From: Candidatus Margulisiibacteriota bacterium
Lineage (GTDB): Bacteria; Margulisbacteria; Termititenacia; Termititenacales; Termititenacaceae
Direction of reading: 5' to 3'
Assembly (NCBI GenBank): GCA_031274525.1
Contig: JAISQA010000033.1
Span: 1-54,014 of the forward strand
DNA: 54,014 nucleotides
The notes beneath the pieces were generated by a model. It saw nothing but the letters and a program-made list of their open reading frames with translations, had not been told where the DNA came from and searched no databases. Shown here piece by piece: positions 9,192 through 18,855 of this stretch (position 1 is the stretch's first letter; each line of letters begins with the position of its first letter). The translations under genes and the position numbers were made by a program.

Positions 9192-9298
9192 CGGCAAAAT
9201 GTAAAGCAACTACCCGGCAAAATGCAAACTAGCTATGCGGCAAAATGTAAAGTAGACATACGGCAGAATGTAAAGCAGCTGCCCGGCAAAATGTAAGG
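9192..9298. repeat. Five direct repeats with 23-bp period, core CGGCAAAATGTAAAG
   Basis: Cores begin at 9192, 9215, 9238, 9261 and 9284, directly upstream of the AAA gene. Confidence 0.9.
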
Positions 9299-9302
9299 CG
9301 GA

Positions 9303-9761
9303 TTAATTCAACGACTCGTCCTCGCGGATGCGCCAGACGGAGTTTTCTTTGACCAGCACCAGCTGCTCAGCCTTATCCAGAGCGCCTTCTTCGGCCAGCT
9401 CCGGCCACATGATCCGCGCCTGAATCGTCGCGCGGTCTGCCGCGACCAGCTGCACCGTGCCCAGCTTGAAATGCAGCGGCGCCACCGGGAAAGCCTCGAA
9501 ATGCTGGCGGTACTCCGTTTCGGATACTCTGGCTCTGTCCAGCTCGGACAGATACACATACATTCTGTCCGGCGCACCGTCCTGCCAGGCCTGCAGGTAA
9601 TTGCCCGCCGCCTGCCGCACCGCCAGATCTTCGGAAAAAGCCGCCCGCCCGCTGCCAAACCGGCCGGAGTGCGCCAGCGCAAAAACCGCGCCCAGAGACC
9701 CGCCGATCAGACCGAAAATCAGCAGGATTATTAATATTCTCAGCCGGCTGTTATTGCTCAT
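9303..9761 (-). CDS. Membrane-anchored hypothetical protein (possible NTF2-like/DUF4878 fold)
   Basis: N-terminal hydrophobic helix; YLQAWQ.G...MY.YLS and LVKEN..WRI pattern. Confidence 0.65.
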   Translation of the reverse strand: MSNNSRLRILIILLIFGLIGGSLGAVFALAHSGRFGSGRAAFSEDLAVRQAAGNYLQAWQDGAPDRMYVYLSELDRARVSETEYRQHFEAFPVAPLHFKLGTVQLVAADRATIQARIMWPELAEEGALDKAEQLVLVKENSVWRIREDESLN

Positions 9762-9863
9762 TTACCGCCCCCTGCGGCTATTCTGCGCACGGTATTTGAG
9801 GTACGGATCCAGACAGTACCAGACCAGCAAAGCAACAATTATTAAAAAAACTAAAATGCGCAC
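9762..9863 (-). CDS. Small 33-aa membrane peptide (MRILVFLIIVALLVWYCLDPYLKYRAQNSRRGR)
   Basis: GTG start after AGGG; single hydrophobic helix with basic tail; TAA abuts the next ATG. Confidence 0.45.
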   Translation of the reverse strand: MRILVFLIIVALLVWYCLDPYLKYRAQNSRRGR

Positions 9864-9962
9864 CAGACACCCCTATCTATATTATTTTATCACGAAATTA
9901 TCCGCTTACATATATATCCGGCTGTCTTCCGCCAGCCGGCGGCCGCCAGTAAAGTCCGGCCA

Positions 9963-10496
9963 TTACCGGGATAATCCCGCGGCATCACGCTGACGGACAA
10001 CTTCATAGAGCAAAAGCGCGGCGGCCACCGAGGCGTTGAGCGAGGTGATCTGCCCGCGCAGCGGTATACGCACAACAAAGTCACAGTAGGTTCTGGTCAG
10101 GCGGGACAGGCCGCGCCCTTCGCCGCCGAGGACCAGCGTGAGTCCGTCCGTGTAATCCGCGGCGCGATAATCCGTGCCGCCGTCGGCTTCCAGTCCGGCG
10201 ATCCAGAGGCCCTCTTTTTTCAGGCGCTGGAGGACTTCATTGATATTGGCCGCCTGCGCCACGGGCACCAGCTCCGCCGCGCCAGTCGAGGTGCGCATTA
10301 CCGTATCATTGAGCTGCACCGAGCGGCGTTTGGGAATTATCACGCCGTGCGCACCGGCGGCCTCGGCCGTGCGCAGTATGGCGCCGAAATTGCGCGGATC
10401 TTCCAGACCGTCAAGCGCCAGCAGAAAAGGTTTTTGGTTCCGGGCGGCGGCAATTTCCAGCAAATCCTGCCAGGCGCAGTACCGGAAAACCATCAC
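9963..10496 (-). CDS. rlmB: TrmH/SpoU-family RNA methyltransferase, RlmB-like, lacking the N-terminal substrate-binding domain
   Basis: LDGLEDPRNFGAILRTA, LVLGGEG.GL, SLNASVA; only 177 aa. Confidence 0.75.
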   Translation of the reverse strand: MMVFRYCAWQDLLEIAAARNQKPFLLALDGLEDPRNFGAILRTAEAAGAHGVIIPKRRSVQLNDTVMRTSTGAAELVPVAQAANINEVLQRLKKEGLWIAGLEADGGTDYRAADYTDGLTLVLGGEGRGLSRLTRTYCDFVVRIPLRGQITSLNASVAAALLLYEVVRQRDAAGLSR

Positions 10497-11677
10497 AGCT
10501 CTCCGGCGGCCCGGTCAAGCAGCGCAAACCCTTTTTCTAATTCGGGAATAGAGGCGGTGACCGGATAGGCCAGACGCACCACTTCTCCGCCGGAGCCGCT
10601 GCTGATAAGCAGCAAGCCCTGCGCCAGAGCCGCCTGACGCAAAGCGCCGCAAATCCCGCCGGAAGCGCAGACCAGCCCGATCATATAACCCAGACCCTGC
10701 CGCCTGATAAAAACCCGCGGATATTTGGCAATAAGCCTGTCGCAGGCTTCTTCCACGGCCTTAATCTTCGCGGGCATCCGCGGCAGCTCTCCGGTCAAAA
10801 TATCCAGTGTCGCCACGCCGGCCGCGCAGGCCACCGGATTACCGGTGTAGGTGCCGCCGTGCGCCGAGGGTTTCCAGGCATCGGAAATTGCTTTTTTCAG
10901 CACGACCGCGCCAAGCGGAAAGCCGGAGGCAATGCCTTTGGCCAGACTCATAATATCCGGTTCCAGATCAAACCATTCCGCGGCAAACATTTTACCGGTG
11001 CGGCCAAAACCGGACTGTACTTCATCAATAATGAGATAGATATTTTTTTCCGAACAGTAAGCCCGCAATTGCCGAATAAACTCCCTGTCCAGCGCGCTGT
11101 AGCCGCCCTCGCCCCTGACCAGCTCGGTAATGACCGCGGCGATATTGCCGTTATTTAATTTCGCGACAGAATCCAGATCCGGCGCGGCGATAAAAGTATG
11201 CGGCAGCAGCTCGCCGTAGCCGTCCGTATAGGATTTTTTGGAAGTGGTGACCGACAGCGCGCCCATAGTCCGGCCGTGAAAACCGCCCTGCAGGGCAATA
11301 ATTCCGCTTTTGCCCGAAACATATTTGGCGGCCTTGAGCGCACCCTCGACCGCTTCCGAGCCGGACTGGGTGAGAAAAAAACGCGCGTCCTTAATCGGCA
11401 CGATCTTTTGCAGTTTTTCCGCCAGCTCGATATTGGCCGAGGCATAGGTCACACCGGCGCAGTTGTGAATCAGTTTTTTGAGCTGCTCCATAGCCGCGCG
11501 CACGACTTCCGGGTGGCAGTGGCCGGTGCCGGTCACGGCAATACCGGAAGCAAAATCCAGATAGGCTTTGCCGTCCAGTCCGTACAGATAAGAGCCGGAC
11601 CCGCGTTCTATTTCCAGCTCGGTAAAATGACTCAAAACTCTGGATAAAACCCGGTCGCTGCGCTCGACTAAATTCAT
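10493..11677 (-). CDS. Class III PLP aminotransferase (ArgD/GabT-like)
   Basis: YLDFASGIAV..GH.HP, SGSEAVE, FHGRT, DEVQSGFGRTG, AKGIASGFP, HGGTY.GNP. Confidence 0.92.
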   Translation of the reverse strand: MNLVERSDRVLSRVLSHFTELEIERGSGSYLYGLDGKAYLDFASGIAVTGTGHCHPEVVRAAMEQLKKLIHNCAGVTYASANIELAEKLQKIVPIKDARFFLTQSGSEAVEGALKAAKYVSGKSGIIALQGGFHGRTMGALSVTTSKKSYTDGYGELLPHTFIAAPDLDSVAKLNNGNIAAVITELVRGEGGYSALDREFIRQLRAYCSEKNIYLIIDEVQSGFGRTGKMFAAEWFDLEPDIMSLAKGIASGFPLGAVVLKKAISDAWKPSAHGGTYTGNPVACAAGVATLDILTGELPRMPAKIKAVEEACDRLIAKYPRVFIRRQGLGYMIGLVCASGGICGALRQAALAQGLLLISSGSGGEVVRLAYPVTASIPELEKGFALLDRAAGEL

Positions 11678-11745
11678 AGCGGAATTTTAGCATATCTCCC
11701 TGTATTTTTTTATGCTACAATTTGCCGTCATTATAAGGGGTAACG

Positions 11746-14097
11746 GTGCAAGAGCTATTCAAGATAAAATGCGCGGATTTAGCCAAAATCAAAAAGCTCC
11801 CGCCGCGGGATCAGGGACATTATCTGCCGTTCAATACTTACCCGCACGGCTGCCCTCTGGGCGGCTTCGGCGCGGGCACAATCGGCCGTTCGCCTTACGG
11901 GGATTTTAATATCTGGCATATTAAGGTCGGCGCGCATATCGCCGAGGAACTCAAGGCCTGCTGTTTTCATGTTTATCAGAAAGACAGCCAAAAAACCTAT
12001 GTCCAGACCCTGACCACCAGACCGTATAAAGACACGGCGCTAAAACATCTTGCCAGACCGTACGCCGCCAGACACGGGCAGTACGCCGCGGCTTACCCCA
12101 AGGCCAAATATGTCTTTGACGATCCCCGGCAGCCAGCCGAGATCACCTGCGAGCAGTATTCGCCGGTACTGCCGCATAATTATAAGGAAACCAGCTATCC
12201 CGTCGCGGTGTTTGAGCATACTGTCCGCAACAAGACCGCCGGTAAAATCGAAGTGGCTCTCTGCTTAAGCTGGGCCAATATGACCGGCTGGAGTTTTGAG
12301 GATCAGCGGCCGGGCGTGCAGGATAACTGGTTTGGTTTCGTCAAAAATAACGCGGACAAGCGGCATACCCTGCACACCCGGAACAATAAAAACCAAAAAT
12401 TAACCGCCATCATTATGGGCGGTTCGACTCCGCTCACCGCCCGCAAAGAAATGGACGGCGAGATCGGCATTGCCGTGCTGGGCGATGCCAGACTGCAGAC
12501 CTCGGCGCAGCAGTATTTTTACCTGCAGGGTACCGGCGAGGAGCTCTACAAAAGTTTTGCCAAAAACGGCACGCTGGACAACCGGCCGCCGCAGCAGCTG
12601 CTGGAACATCAGAATTACGGCGCGGCAGCGGCCGGCAAGGTCATTCTCCAGCCCGGTGAAACACGCAAAATAACTTTTCTGCTGGTCTGGGATCTGCCGG
12701 TGGTGCATTTCGGCGCGGGGACAAATAAATACAAATACTACACGCGTTTTTTTGACCGCAGCGGCCGGAATGCGCTGGCCCTGCTAAAACTCGCCGCGCG
12801 CGATCATCAAAAATGGTCCGGCGCGATCGACAAATGGCAGCAGGAAATTAGCAGCGGCAGCAAAACCGCCCCCCTGCTCCGCACCGAACAGTCCAGACAA
12901 AATTATCTGCAAATGCTCATAAACGAGCTGTATTTTTTAGCGGACGGCGGCAGCTTCTGGGACGCCCGGACCGGCTCTTTCGGCCTGCTGGAATGTTTCG
13001 ATTATCCTTTTTATGAAACGCTGGATGTGCGGTTTTACAGCTCTTTTCCCCTGCTCAAATTCTGGCCGGAAATAGAGCTGAAAATTATGCGTAATTTTGC
13101 CGCCACTATCGCCGTGGCGGACAAACAAATCACGCGTTACCACCTGCACGCCGACAAGCCTGCCCTGCCGCTGCCCAAAAATCCGCAGGCCCGGCTGCTG
13201 TGTGCCGATCAGAAAAAAAAGCGGGGCGCCTGCCCGCACGACCTCGGCTCGCCGAAACAAAATCCCTTTGCCGTGCCGTCCGCCTACACCTGGCAGAACA
13301 CCAATTACTGGAAAGACCTGAACAGTAAATTTATCCTGCTGGTCTACCGGGACTTCGTCTACACCGGCGATAAAAAATTTCTGAAAGACCTGTGGCCGGC
13401 AATGCGGCTGGCGGCGGATTATCTGCACAAAATGGACAGGGACAACGACGGCATACCGGAAAACAGCGGCTATCCCGACCAGACTTATGACAACTGGAGC
13501 ATGCGCGGTGTCTCGGCCTACTGCGGCTCGCTCTGGCTGGCCGCCCTGCGCGCGCTGGCAGACACCGCGCGCGCGCTTGACGACAGCGCGGCCGCCATGC
13601 AATATTCCGCGCTGCTGGCCAAAGCACAGAAAACTTTTGACCAAAAGCTCTGGAACGGCCGGTACTATAATTTCTGCGCCGGCAACACGGACATTATGGC
13701 CGACCAGCTCATCGGACAATGGTACATCGACCTGCTGAAAACCGAGCCAATACTCTCGAATATCAAAATAACCTCCGCGCTGCGGACTATTTACAAATAC
13801 AACTACAAAAGAACCCAGGGCGGCCGCTGGGGCATCCTTTCCGGCAAGACCGCCAGAAATAAAATGACCGCCGCCGAACAGGGGCGTGACGTCTGGGTCG
13901 GCGCCAATTTTGCCCTGTGCAGTCTATTCCTGCATCACGGCCTGCCCCGGGCGGCGGAACAGGTCTTGAACACCCTATCTAAAATAATTTACAGCAAGGG
14001 CTTTTTCTTCCGCACGCCGGAAGGCTGGGACACCGCCGGGCAATTTACGGCAACTATGTATATGCGTCCCAATGCCATCTGGTCTCTGGAATTCTAG
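11746..14097 (+). CDS. GH116 beta-glucosidase / glucosylceramidase-like
   Basis: PLGGFGAGTIGR, SYPVAVF, LECFDY..YETLDV.FY, PHDLG, WKDLN.KF, PDQTYD.W, FRTPE, YMRP..IW. Confidence 0.92.
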   Translation: MQELFKIKCADLAKIKKLPPRDQGHYLPFNTYPHGCPLGGFGAGTIGRSPYGDFNIWHIKVGAHIAEELKACCFHVYQKDSQKTYVQTLTTRPYKDTALKHLARPYAARHGQYAAAYPKAKYVFDDPRQPAEITCEQYSPVLPHNYKETSYPVAVFEHTVRNKTAGKIEVALCLSWANMTGWSFEDQRPGVQDNWFGFVKNNADKRHTLHTRNNKNQKLTAIIMGGSTPLTARKEMDGEIGIAVLGDARLQTSAQQYFYLQGTGEELYKSFAKNGTLDNRPPQQLLEHQNYGAAAAGKVILQPGETRKITFLLVWDLPVVHFGAGTNKYKYYTRFFDRSGRNALALLKLAARDHQKWSGAIDKWQQEISSGSKTAPLLRTEQSRQNYLQMLINELYFLADGGSFWDARTGSFGLLECFDYPFYETLDVRFYSSFPLLKFWPEIELKIMRNFAATIAVADKQITRYHLHADKPALPLPKNPQARLLCADQKKKRGACPHDLGSPKQNPFAVPSAYTWQNTNYWKDLNSKFILLVYRDFVYTGDKKFLKDLWPAMRLAADYLHKMDRDNDGIPENSGYPDQTYDNWSMRGVSAYCGSLWLAALRALADTARALDDSAAAMQYSALLAKAQKTFDQKLWNGRYYNFCAGNTDIMADQLIGQWYIDLLKTEPILSNIKITSALRTIYKYNYKRTQGGRWGILSGKTARNKMTAAEQGRDVWVGANFALCSLFLHHGLPRAAEQVLNTLSKIIYSKGFFFRTPEGWDTAGQFTATMYMRPNAIWSLEF

Positions 14098-14141
14098 CTT
14101 AACAAACTGCCTAATACTTCTGATATTTCGCGCAACGAATA

Positions 14142-16001
14142 TTAATCCTTCACCGCGCCGGAGGTCAGACCGGATACTATCTGTTTTTGCAGCAGAATGA
14201 ACATGATCATCACCGGTACGGTAGCCACGGTCGAGGCGGCCATTAAGAGATCGTAGCGGTTCTGGAAATTGCCTACAAAAAGGCGGATACCGACCGGAAT
14301 AGTCATTGTATGCGGCCCGGTCAAAACCCAGGCAAAAACCAGCTCATCCCAGGCGGTCAGAAAATCATAAATGCCGGTAGCCACAATGCCGGGCATGGAC
14401 AGAGGCAGCGCGATTTTGTAAAAAATCTGGAACGGCGTGCAGCCGTCCAGAGTGGCCGCCTCTTCCAGCGCCACCGGAATAGAAGCGAAGAAACCGCGCA
14501 AAATCCAGATGCTGAATGGCAGGAAAAAGGCTGCGTAAATAAAGATCATGCCGGCAAAAGTGCCCTTGAGCGGAATACCCGTAACCTCGGTGATCTTAAT
14601 AAACATAATATAGACCGGGATCAGCATCATCACGCCGGGGATCATCTGCGTGGACAGCACCGCCGTGCTCAGGAAACGGCTGCCCGGAAAATCAAATCTG
14701 ACCAGCGCATAAGCGGTGATCGTCGCCAAAACCATTGAGAAAAAAGCCGTCAGTCCGCAGATAATAAACGAGTTGCGCACAAAGAGGCCGAAATCGATAT
14801 TGTAAAACAGGTCGATGTAATTCCGCCAGAATATGGTATAGAAAGCCGGCCGATCCACCAGAAAGGTTTTTTCGACAAAGCCGGTTTTGACATTGTACAG
14901 CGCCGAACGGCCGTAGGAAGTCGCAACATAAATTTTCTGGCCGACTATATCCGCAAAAGTCACATCGGCGTGCACATACTGCCCCGGATTGATGAGCTTG
15001 CCTTTTTTATTCACATCATCAAACAGCGGGATCTCCACATCGCGGATCAGCTGTCCGGAATGACTGATCAGCGAAAAGCCGTTGCCGGTGCCCAGGACAA
15101 TAAACTCCGGCCCGACAGTCATATAGCCGATCTGTTCGAAATTATCTTCGGAAACCGTGGTGTAAATATCCCGCAGCACGCCATTCCGGTAAGCGTAAAC
15201 TTTAGAAAAAGAATTCATAAACAAGGTGGCGCTGGCCTGGTCATAACCCAGATAGCGAATATCGGAATTTTCAAAATCCGGATGCTGAATGACCCGCTCC
15301 AGAGCCAGAGCAGCCGTGTTCACCACAGCCACGCCGAGATTGGTGGCGACATACAGCCGGCCGTCATTATAAAAAATATTACCAATAGAAAATTTATCGT
15401 AAAAATCCGTCAACTCATCCAGCAGATTGTAGGTATTGGTCAGCCGCATAGTCTCGGTGTCGTATTCCAGAATAAGGTCATAATTAAGATAACCCAGGGT
15501 CAGCCAGAGGCGCGAGTTCTCCGGATCGAGCGTCAGCAGTGTTTTGGAGATCTTATTGAAATCCAGTTTCCGCCCGGACCATTTGGCCTTGACCCGTTTG
15601 GACGAAAAATTATTTTTGTCGATGCGGATCAAGCCCTTGTCGGCCGAGGACAGCCAGATATAGTGCTCATCCACGGCAAAATTAGTATTGCTGGTCTTGA
15701 AAGTCCGGCGCGCCAGCAGCTTACCGGTGTCCGCGTCCAGATAATTAACCGATCCGTCGCGCGTGCAGACCAGCAGTTTGCTGCCGATTTTTTCGGTCAG
15801 CAGCACATTATTGGCCGCGCGCTGAAAAAAAATCTTGCCCTGCACAATGTCATTATTATTCATAAAAGAATTGAAAAACATCCAGAAAATCGGAAAGAGC
15901 ATAATTAGCAGCGTGGCGTACATCAGCACATTATAAAAGCGGTCCATCACTTTTTTCTTGATATGGTACGGCATGCTCAAAAAATCGCGGATAAAATCCA
16001 T
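14142..16001 (-). CDS. Sugar ABC permease (MalG type) with a large beta-rich insertion
   Basis: TM1 FPIFWMF..S; EAA loop SIPVALEEAATLDG; AWDE; about 350-aa soluble insert. Confidence 0.88.
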   Translation of the reverse strand: MDFIRDFLSMPYHIKKKVMDRFYNVLMYATLLIMLFPIFWMFFNSFMNNNDIVQGKIFFQRAANNVLLTEKIGSKLLVCTRDGSVNYLDADTGKLLARRTFKTSNTNFAVDEHYIWLSSADKGLIRIDKNNFSSKRVKAKWSGRKLDFNKISKTLLTLDPENSRLWLTLGYLNYDLILEYDTETMRLTNTYNLLDELTDFYDKFSIGNIFYNDGRLYVATNLGVAVVNTAALALERVIQHPDFENSDIRYLGYDQASATLFMNSFSKVYAYRNGVLRDIYTTVSEDNFEQIGYMTVGPEFIVLGTGNGFSLISHSGQLIRDVEIPLFDDVNKKGKLINPGQYVHADVTFADIVGQKIYVATSYGRSALYNVKTGFVEKTFLVDRPAFYTIFWRNYIDLFYNIDFGLFVRNSFIICGLTAFFSMVLATITAYALVRFDFPGSRFLSTAVLSTQMIPGVMMLIPVYIMFIKITEVTGIPLKGTFAGMIFIYAAFFLPFSIWILRGFFASIPVALEEAATLDGCTPFQIFYKIALPLSMPGIVATGIYDFLTAWDELVFAWVLTGPHTMTIPVGIRLFVGNFQNRYDLLMAASTVATVPVMIMFILLQKQIVSGLTSGAVKD

Positions 16002-16004
16002 GGT

Positions 16005-17345
16005 CTAGCCTTCCTCCACGCTGCGGTAAAATTTATACCAGAAATTCACCACGACCATCATGATCAGCATCAGCATCAGCGACAAAGCCGCACCGGTGCC
16101 GAAATTCCAGCTCTGGAAAGAATTGCGGAAAATATTGACCATCATCAAATCGCCCCAGTCGCCGGGGAAGCCCGCGCCGTTGCCGAACATCATGTACACA
16201 ATATTGAACGCATACACATTAAAAATCAGGCCGAACAAAAGCAAAATCGCCCAGACTGGTTTGAGCAGCGGAAAAGTGATATACCAGAATTTACGCCAGC
16301 CGCCAGCGCCGTCAATATCCGCCGCTTCAAAATAATCATTGGAGATGCTCTGCAGCCCGGCCAAAATCATCAGCATCGGGTGCGGCCAGCCGCGCCAGAC
16401 TGTCGGGATCACAATCGCGGCCAGAGTCAGCGGATCGCCCATCAGCCAGAAAGGTTTCTCCGCAGTGACGCCCAGCCAGCCCAGCCAGATATCGATGCGC
16501 AGGATATCGTAAAGGATGATATTGATAATGCCGTTTTCTTTCTGCCACATAAAGCCCCAGAGCATGCCGACCACAAAAGTAGGCACGATCCAGGGAAACA
16601 AAAACAAGCCGCGCAGAATATTCCGGCCTTTGAAAGTACGGTTCAGCATCTGCGCCACGATCATGCCGATAGTCAGGGTGCCAAAAGTCACGATCACCGC
16701 GTAGAAAAAAGTATTGCGCAGGGCTTTTAAGAAACCAAAACCGACCGGCGAGGCCGGATCCCAGAGCCCAAACAGAATGTCTTTGTAATTCTTCAAACCC
16801 ACGAACGGAGCGGCCAGATACTGGCTGAAAGTGAATTGATCGAGCTTGAGCATGGACATCCAGACACCCTGCACCAGCGGCAGCAAATGCAGCATGATCA
16901 GACAAAACACCGCCGGTGAGACAAAAATGTAAGCCAGTTTGTTTTCCCGAAAAGCGCGGTAACGGCTGAAAAACCCGTCAATAGCCCGGAGCAGAATAAC
17001 AGCCAGAATAAGATCGGCCAGCACACAGCCCGTGCCGATAACGATCTTGCCGACCACGCCCCAAACGTCCGCGCCCAGAAAACCGGCCAGCCAAAAACCC
17101 AGCCGGCTGAACACGGCGATGCAGAACACATACCCCAGCATCAGCAGCACCTGAATCAGCGGCTTGTAAGTCCGGCGGTTCCCGGCATAAATCTTATGTG
17201 CGGCGGGAAACTGGGTTTTGATCCGGTACTTGATCTTATATTTGAGTTTGTCCAGATTGGCAAAAAAACTCTGCTCTATATCCAGAACTTTTTGACCGGC
17301 CTCGACTATCTCTTCTCTTATTTCTTTTTTATCTTTCCGGGGCAT
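16005..17345 (-). CDS. Sugar ABC permease (MalF type)
   Basis: FVGLKNY, PWIVP, AGLQSI..YFEAADIDGAG. Confidence 0.92.
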   Translation of the reverse strand: MPRKDKKEIREEIVEAGQKVLDIEQSFFANLDKLKYKIKYRIKTQFPAAHKIYAGNRRTYKPLIQVLLMLGYVFCIAVFSRLGFWLAGFLGADVWGVVGKIVIGTGCVLADLILAVILLRAIDGFFSRYRAFRENKLAYIFVSPAVFCLIMLHLLPLVQGVWMSMLKLDQFTFSQYLAAPFVGLKNYKDILFGLWDPASPVGFGFLKALRNTFFYAVIVTFGTLTIGMIVAQMLNRTFKGRNILRGLFLFPWIVPTFVVGMLWGFMWQKENGIINIILYDILRIDIWLGWLGVTAEKPFWLMGDPLTLAAIVIPTVWRGWPHPMLMILAGLQSISNDYFEAADIDGAGGWRKFWYITFPLLKPVWAILLLFGLIFNVYAFNIVYMMFGNGAGFPGDWGDLMMVNIFRNSFQSWNFGTGAALSLMLMLIMMVVVNFWYKFYRSVEEG

Positions 17346-17348
17346 TGC

Positions 17349-18686
17349 CTATTTTCTCTCCAGCATGGAGTCCATTTCATGCTTGGCCGCGTCCAGATGC
17401 TGTTTGAGCTTGAACTGACCAAAACCGTCCGGATCCTTGACCACATCGCTCCACATTAAGCCAAAGCGTCTGGTCAAAACCACCGTCTCGATCGGCCCCC
17501 AGGCCGGTATGCAGGGATAGGCTTTGGACATTTTTACCGCGTCGGAAAAGACATTGCGGAAAGGGTCATTGGTGAAATAAGGATTGTCAAAAGCCGCACG
17601 CTTGGCCGGCAAAAAACCGGTCAACTGCGAATAAGCCACCTGCGCCCGGTCGTCCATGGTCAAATACTGCACGACTTTCCAGGCGGCTTCTTTATTCCGG
17701 GAAGATTTGAAGATCGCCAGATTGCTGCCGCCGCAGAAAGAATAACGGCCTCCGGGGCCCGCCGGATACGGCGCCACGGCAAAATTTTTGGCCACAAAAG
17801 TACCGCCGCCGCCGCCGCGCTCCGGAGGCGTGGTCATGCCTTTAAGCTGATACGGCCCGTCGAAAATCACCGCGTAATGCCCGTTATTGAAATCCGAAGA
17901 GATCTGGCTGCTATTCTGCTCCAGACACTGGATCGGCACAAAACCTTTTTTGATCAGGTCGATGTAAAACAACAGGCCTTTTTGCGCATCGGGGCTGTTC
18001 ACCGTGCTGGAGCGGTAATCGGCAGCCAGCAGCTCGCCGCCGCCCGACCAGACCCAGGGCACAAGATTATGAATGACATTCCAGTCATTCTTGCCGGTAA
18101 TGCCCAGCGGTTCGATTTTTTTATTGTCAATGGTCAGATTGGCGGCCTTGATCTTAGCCAGCGTCTCCTCAAAGTCGCTCCAGGTCGCCACGTCTCTAGC
18201 GGTCAGCCCCAGCCGGCGGAAAACATCCGTGCGGTAAAACATCACGCGCACATCCACGATCCACGGCACCGAGATAACTTCCGGCGAGCCGATAATGCCG
18301 GAAGTGGCCCAGGCCGAATCCACAAAAAGATTTTTGCCGCCGCCGGCCGCGACATTAGCGGAGACATCCTGCATCGCACCCATAGAAGCAACCGCGCCAA
18401 CCCAGGTCGTGCCCAGCTGCACAATATCCGGAGCATCTTTGGAAGTCGCGGCGGTGGTGATCTTCTGCCAGGCCGAACCCCAATCCAGCGAAACGATCTC
18501 GATCTCTATATCCGGATTTTTATTGAGAAAAGGCCGCAGCACCTGCTGCAAATCTTTGACCGGTTCCTGCGAATTGGGCATTATCCACATGGTCAGCTTA
18601 ACCTTGCCGTCAGCTCCGCCGCCGCCGCAACCAAAAAGGCTGAAGCAAATACCCAGTACCAGCAAAATAGAAAATATTTTTTTCAT
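17349..18686 (-). CDS. Sugar ABC substrate-binding lipoprotein
   Basis: Lipobox LFGC; PDIVQLGTTWV, FYRTD, GGSNLAIF. Confidence 0.92.
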   Translation of the reverse strand: MKKIFSILLVLGICFSLFGCGGGGADGKVKLTMWIMPNSQEPVKDLQQVLRPFLNKNPDIEIEIVSLDWGSAWQKITTAATSKDAPDIVQLGTTWVGAVASMGAMQDVSANVAAGGGKNLFVDSAWATSGIIGSPEVISVPWIVDVRVMFYRTDVFRRLGLTARDVATWSDFEETLAKIKAANLTIDNKKIEPLGITGKNDWNVIHNLVPWVWSGGGELLAADYRSSTVNSPDAQKGLLFYIDLIKKGFVPIQCLEQNSSQISSDFNNGHYAVIFDGPYQLKGMTTPPERGGGGGTFVAKNFAVAPYPAGPGGRYSFCGGSNLAIFKSSRNKEAAWKVVQYLTMDDRAQVAYSQLTGFLPAKRAAFDNPYFTNDPFRNVFSDAVKMSKAYPCIPAWGPIETVVLTRRFGLMWSDVVKDPDGFGQFKLKQHLDAAKHEMDSMLERK

Positions 18687-18820
18687 CTTCAAAAATCTCC
18701 TCGGCAGGAACGGATCGCGAAGAAACAGATTAAGAGAGTTTAACATTCAGCACGCGGAGCGTAAAGACATCATAAAAGAGGCAGTCGCTTTAGTTTTCCA
18801 TATTATCTTGATAAATTGTC

Positions 18821-18849
18821 TTGACAAAATATATTGAAAATAATATACT
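18821..18849 (+). promoter_or_regulatory. Sigma70 promoter TTGACA-17-TATACT (leaderless brnT transcript predicted)
   Basis: Near-consensus boxes; the GTG start at 18856 lies at the expected +1. Confidence 0.7.
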
Positions 18850-18855
18850 GCTTTA

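Noticed and set aside
9192..9298. CRISPR array
   Set aside because: 15-bp cores with 8-bp linkers are far too short for repeats and spacers, and no cas genes are present.
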